Shown one piece after another: positions 60,411 to 64,000 of a DNA stretch of 64,000 nucleotides; position 1 is the stretch's first letter, and each line of letters begins with the position of its first letter. The position numbers and the translations under genes are program-made. The notes under the pieces are model-generated. The model saw only the letters and a program-made list of their open reading frames with translations. It was not told where the DNA came from and made no database searches. Origin of the DNA: an uncultured Acidobacteriota bacterium (GTDB lineage Bacteria > Acidobacteriota > Thermoanaerobaculia > UBA5066 > Gp7-AA6); contig CAVXTP010000017.1 of NCBI GenBank assembly GCA_963764715.1, forward strand, positions 128,001 through 192,000, written 5' to 3'.

Positions 60411-61685
60411 TCAGCCTTCCGGGTTCCGGGCGCATTCCGCGGCCCGACCGCGGAGGAGCTCGCGCTCGCGCGCATTTTGCGTGAGCGACGCCGCGCGCTC
60501 GAACTCCCGGCCGGCCTCCGCCAGGCGCCCGAGCTTCGCGAGCAGGTCGCCGCGGACGGCCGGGAGCAGGTGGTAGCGGGCGAGCGACGGCTCGGAGACG
60601 AGCGTGTCGGCGAGGGCGAGGCCCGCGGCCGGACCCGACGCCATGCCGAGGGCGACGGCGCGATTGAGCTGCACGACGGGGCTCGGCACGAGCCGGGCAA
60701 GCTCCTCGTAGAGCGACGCGATGCGCGCCCAGTCGGTCTCCCCAGCCGTGCGCGCCCGCGCGTGGCAGGCGGCGATCGAGGCCTGCAGGACGTAGGGGCC
60801 GGGCGGCCCGGGGAGCTTCTCGGCGCGGGCGAGCGCCGCGAGGCCCCGGCCGATCAGCACCCGGTCCCAGCGCGCGCGGTCCTGGTCGGCCAGAAGCACC
60901 GGCTGTCCCGCCGGGCCCACGCGCGCCCGCGCGCGGGACGCCTGGATCTCCATGAGCGCGACGAGGCCGTGGACCTCGGGCTCGCGGGGCGAGAGCTCGG
61001 CGAGGATCCGTCCCAGGCGCAGCGCCTCCTCGCAGAGATCGTGACGGATCAGATCGCCGCCCGCGGTCGCGAGGTAGCCCTCGTTGAACACCAGGTAGAC
61101 GACCTCGAGCACCGAGGCGAGCCGCGCGACGCGGTCCTCCCCCCGCGGAACCTCGAACGGCACGCCGGCCTCGGCGAGGGCGCGCTTGGCCCGGACGATG
61201 CGCTGGGCGATCGTCGGCGCCGGGACGAGAAAGGCGCGCGCGATCTCCTCGGTCGTCAGGCCTCCGAGGAGACGCAAGGTGAGCGCCACCCGCGCCTCCG
61301 TCGGGAGGACCGGATGGCAGGCCGTGAAGAGCAGGCGCAGCAGGTCGTCGCCGATGTCGTCGTCGATCGCGGCCTCGAGCGCCGCGACTTCGGCCTCGGT
61401 CGCGGCCGCGAGATCCCGCGCGATCTCCCCATGCTTGCGATCGAGGAGTGGCCGGCGGCGGAGCTGATCGATCGCGCGGTTCTTCGCCGCCGCCATGAGC
61501 CAGGCGCCGGGATTCTCCGGAACGCCGGTCTCGGGCCACCGCTCGAGCGCCGCGACCAGCGCGTCCTGCGCGAGGTCCTCGGCGAGGCCGACGTCGCGGA
61601 CGATCCGCGCGAGCCCGGCGATGAGTCTCGGAGACTCGATCCTCCAGACGGCGTCGATCGCGCGGTGCGCATCCTTGGCCGGCAC
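60411..61685 (-). CDS. ECF sigma factor with C-terminal TPR extension (ECF42 group)
   Basis: AEDLAQDA, LRLLFTACHP, AQRIVRAK, YLVFNEGY, QDRARWD, SPVVQLNRAVA; adjacent DGPF genes. Confidence 0.92.
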   Translation of the reverse strand: MPAKDAHRAIDAVWRIESPRLIAGLARIVRDVGLAEDLAQDALVAALERWPETGVPENPGAWLMAAAKNRAIDQLRRRPLLDRKHGEIARDLAAATEAEVAALEAAIDDDIGDDLLRLLFTACHPVLPTEARVALTLRLLGGLTTEEIARAFLVPAPTIAQRIVRAKRALAEAGVPFEVPRGEDRVARLASVLEVVYLVFNEGYLATAGGDLIRHDLCEEALRLGRILAELSPREPEVHGLVALMEIQASRARARVGPAGQPVLLADQDRARWDRVLIGRGLAALARAEKLPGPPGPYVLQASIAACHARARTAGETDWARIASLYEELARLVPSPVVQLNRAVALGMASGPAAGLALADTLVSEPSLARYHLLPAVRGDLLAKLGRLAEAGREFERAASLTQNARERELLRGRAAECARNPEG

Positions 61686-61765
61686 GGCCCCGGATTAGAG
61701 CATCTTCGCCCCCGGGCGCAGCCATTCCCTGGAGCGGACGCGTCAATCCAGGAGAATGCAGGCCT

Positions 61766-62254
61766 TCACGCGGCCCCCGGGGACTCCAGATCCCGGCGCA
61801 CCGGCACGAGCGCCGCCAGCCGCCCCTCGCGCAGGTACAGACCTCCCCAGACGAGCAACGCGACGTACGACGGAAACAGAACGTGGATGAAGAGCGGCTC
61901 GCCGAGCCTCTCCTGGGACGCCGTCGCGCCGCCGAGATAGCCCGTCAGGAGGATTGCGCCGAGCACGGCCGTGCGCGGGAAGACGTAGGCCGCCACGCAC
62001 AGGAGCTCGAGGATGCCCAACCCGACGGCGAGGTCTCCGGGGTAGCCGAGGTGCTCGAACGACTCCCGGACCGGGCCGATCCGGCACAGGAGCTCGAGGA
62101 TGCCGATCCCGCCGGCGAGGTCTCCGGGGGAGCCGAGGTGCTCGAACGACTCCAGGACCGCGCCGATCCGGGCGAGCTTGATGCCGCCGTCGAAAAGGAG
62201 GAAGGCCACGGCGAGCGAGCTCAAGACCCATCCGGCGACGCGTTTTCTGTTCAT
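61766..62254 (-). CDS. DoxX family membrane protein with internal 29-aa duplication
   Basis: FDGGIKL, GILEL, PRTAVLGAILLTGYLGGA. Confidence 0.85.
   Translation of the reverse strand: MNRKRVAGWVLSSLAVAFLLFDGGIKLARIGAVLESFEHLGSPGDLAGGIGILELLCRIGPVRESFEHLGYPGDLAVGLGILELLCVAAYVFPRTAVLGAILLTGYLGGATASQERLGEPLFIHVLFPSYVALLVWGGLYLREGRLAALVPVRRDLESPGAA
61997..62170. repeat. 87-bp tandem duplication
   Basis: 61997-62083 vs 62084-62170, 6 mismatches by eye. Confidence 0.9.
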
Positions 62255-62278
62255 GCCGCTCTCCTTACCCCCGGGCCC

Positions 62279-62641
62279 TCAGTGGCCTCCGAAATCGCCG
62301 GGCTCGAAGATCGGCCGGATCTCGCACTCTCCCCCGCCGAGGGCCTCCAGAAACCGCCCCGTCCAGTGCACGGCCTCGTCCATCGACTTCACGTTCAGGA
62401 CCGCGTAGGAGGCGACGAGCTCCTTCGACTCGGTGAAGGGACCGTCGATGACGGTCGTCCGTCCGTTCTCGACCCGGACGCGTTTGCCCTTCGCACTCGG
62501 GTGCAGCCCGTCGGTCGCGACCAGCACTCCGGCCTTCGTGATCTCCCCCATGAACTTGCCCATCCGCTCCATGAGCTCCCGGCTCGGGGGCGCACCCGCT
62601 TCCGAATCCTTGTCCGCCTTGAGCAATCCGAGGCACCGCAT
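62279..62641 (-). CDS. YCII-related (DGPF) protein
   Basis: GLHPS, DGPFTESKELVASY, EIRP. Confidence 0.92.
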   Translation of the reverse strand: MRCLGLLKADKDSEAGAPPSRELMERMGKFMGEITKAGVLVATDGLHPSAKGKRVRVENGRTTVIDGPFTESKELVASYAVLNVKSMDEAVHWTGRFLEALGGGECEIRPIFEPGDFGGH

Positions 62642-62685
62642 GTTCGTTCCTCCTCGTCTGACGTTTGACCGGCTCTCATTGTGAC

Positions 62686-62712
62686 GACGAACCAGGAGCC
62701 GCCGGATCGACA
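62686..62712 (-). promoter_or_regulatory. Predicted ECF42-dependent promoter
   Basis: TGTCGA-N17-CGTC upstream of the DGPF-doxX-ECF42-MFS genes. Confidence 0.7.
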
Positions 62713-62768
62713 GCCCCGTGTCCTTTTCTTCGAGTCTCTGTTAAACAGGCTCCGAGAACTCCGCCCGA

Positions 62769-63614
62769 ATGATCGTCCACCTGCTCGACGGAACGTACGA
62801 GCTCTTCCGTCACTTCTACGGCCTCCGGCGCGGGCATAGCGAAGATCCGCCGTTCGGCGCGGTCTCGGGCGTTCTCCACACCGTCGCGCAGATGCTCGAG
62901 GGCGGGGCCACGCACCTGGGAGTCGCGACCGATCACGTCATCGAGTCCTTCCGCAACGCTCTCTGGGCCGACTACAAGACGGGCGAGGGAATGGAGCCCG
63001 GCCTCTGGGCGCAGTTTCATCCTCTCGAGGAGTCGCTCTCGGCGATGGGCGTCGTCGTCTGGCCGATGGTCGAGCTCGAGGCCGACGATGCGCTTGCCTC
63101 CGCCGCGGCGATCGCGGCCCGCGACGAGCGCGTGGAGAAGGTCTGCATCTGGACGCCGGACAAGGACCTCGCCCAGTGCGTCGTCGATGCGCGCGTCGTC
63201 CAGGTCGACCGGCGGAGCGGCCGCATCCGCGACGAAGCGGGCGTCGTCGAGAAGTTCGGCGTCGCGCCCGAGCGCATTCCCGACTACCTCGCGCTCGTCG
63301 GCGACGCGGCCGACGGGTATCCGGGCGTCCCGGGCTGGGGTCCGAAGACCGCGGCGCGGCTGATCGCGCGCCACGGGCCCCTCGAGGCGTTTCCCGAGGA
63401 CGTCCTGGGCGCCCACCGCGACGCCGCCCTGCTCTTCAAGAACCTCGCGACGCTTCGGACCGAGGCTCCCCTCTTCGAGGACGTCGAAGCGCTCCGCTGG
63501 CGGGGTCCCTCCGCGGGCTTCGCGGCGGCGGCCGCCGCTCTCGGCGACGAGCGGATCGCGCCGCGCGTCGAGAAGCTCGCGAGCCGGCTTTCGGGGAAGG
63601 ATCCCCGGGAGTAG
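62769..63614 (+). CDS. Stand-alone 5'-3' exonuclease / flap endonuclease
   Basis: LLDGTYELFR, YKTG, EADD, DKDLAQ, LVGDAADGYPGVPGWGPKTA. Confidence 0.92.
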   Translation: MIVHLLDGTYELFRHFYGLRRGHSEDPPFGAVSGVLHTVAQMLEGGATHLGVATDHVIESFRNALWADYKTGEGMEPGLWAQFHPLEESLSAMGVVVWPMVELEADDALASAAAIAARDERVEKVCIWTPDKDLAQCVVDARVVQVDRRSGRIRDEAGVVEKFGVAPERIPDYLALVGDAADGYPGVPGWGPKTAARLIARHGPLEAFPEDVLGAHRDAALLFKNLATLRTEAPLFEDVEALRWRGPSAGFAAAAAALGDERIAPRVEKLASRLSGKDPRE

Positions 63615-63634
63615 CCGTCGCTCGACGAAGGCCG

Positions 63635-64000
63635 TTACTTTTTCTCCTCGATCCGGGCGCGCAGCCGCGCCTCCCGCTCCCGCAGCTCGGGCGTGAACTC
63701 GTCGCCGAAGTCCTCCGGCTCGAAGACCGGCCGGATCTCGACGTCCGACTCCTGCCCCGGGAACGGGTTGGGCGCGCGCCTGAGCCACTCGACGGCCTCC
63801 TCCATCGATCGCACCTGCCACAGCCAGTACCCGGCCACGAGCTCTTTGGTTTCGGCGAACGGGCCGTCGAGAACGGTTCGCTTCGACCCCGCGAACCGGA
63901 CGAGCTTTCCCTTCGAGCTCGGGTGGAGCCCCTCGCCCCCGAGCATCACGCCCGCCTTGACCAGCTCCTCGTTGAACTTGCCCATGTCGGCGAGGAGCTT
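63635..64000 (-). CDS. YCII-related (DGPF) protein, 5'-truncated by window edge
   Basis: GEGLHPSSKG, DGPFAETKELVAGYW, EIRPVFE. Confidence 0.9.
   Translation of the reverse strand, partial: KLLADMGKFNEELVKAGVMLGGEGLHPSSKGKLVRFAGSKRTVLDGPFAETKELVAGYWLWQVRSMEEAVEWLRRAPNPFPGQESDVEIRPVFEPEDFGDEFTPELREREARLRARIEEKK

Noticed and set aside
61997-62170. Duplication as a DGR template/variable repeat pair
   Set aside because: Mismatches are not adenine-specific on either strand and no reverse transcriptase is in the window.

Overview
High-GC bacterial chromosome segment. Gene content (SLH-domain and PT-linker secreted proteins, metallopeptidase-TolB-Omp85 fusion, CusF-SCO fusion) is most consistent with Acidobacteriota, probably Thermoanaerobaculia; this assignment is inference. 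About 65 CDSs; no tRNA, rRNA, CRISPR array, prophage or intact transposase was seen. The housekeeping backbone includes tyrS, mpl, dapF and a dprA-topA-trmFO-xerC-hslV-hslU order broken up by inserted blocks. Main points of interest: (1) a probable Fur-regulated iron-uptake locus combining an FTR1 permease with a flavinylation module (ApbE, porin, FMN-binding protein, small His-rich membrane protein), sharing a palindromic operator; (2) a cobalamin riboswitch upstream of an ORF that fuses the ends of a DUF6580-like membrane protein in frame to BtuB, with a REP doublet in place of its middle; (3) three classes of dispersed non-coding repeat (GTAG REPs, some supplying stop codons; heptamer arrays; one GGGGTCAG inverted repeat); (4) an orphan larB-deoxyhypusine synthase-like-MOSC operon; (5) a Cys-rich leader ORF upstream of a CxxCxC beta-barrel; (6) a widespread leaderless-promoter signature; (7) an ECF42-DGPF module with its predicted promoter. 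Five or six genes carry single +1 frameshifts, most likely long-read consensus errors. All family assignments are by motif recognition, not database search.
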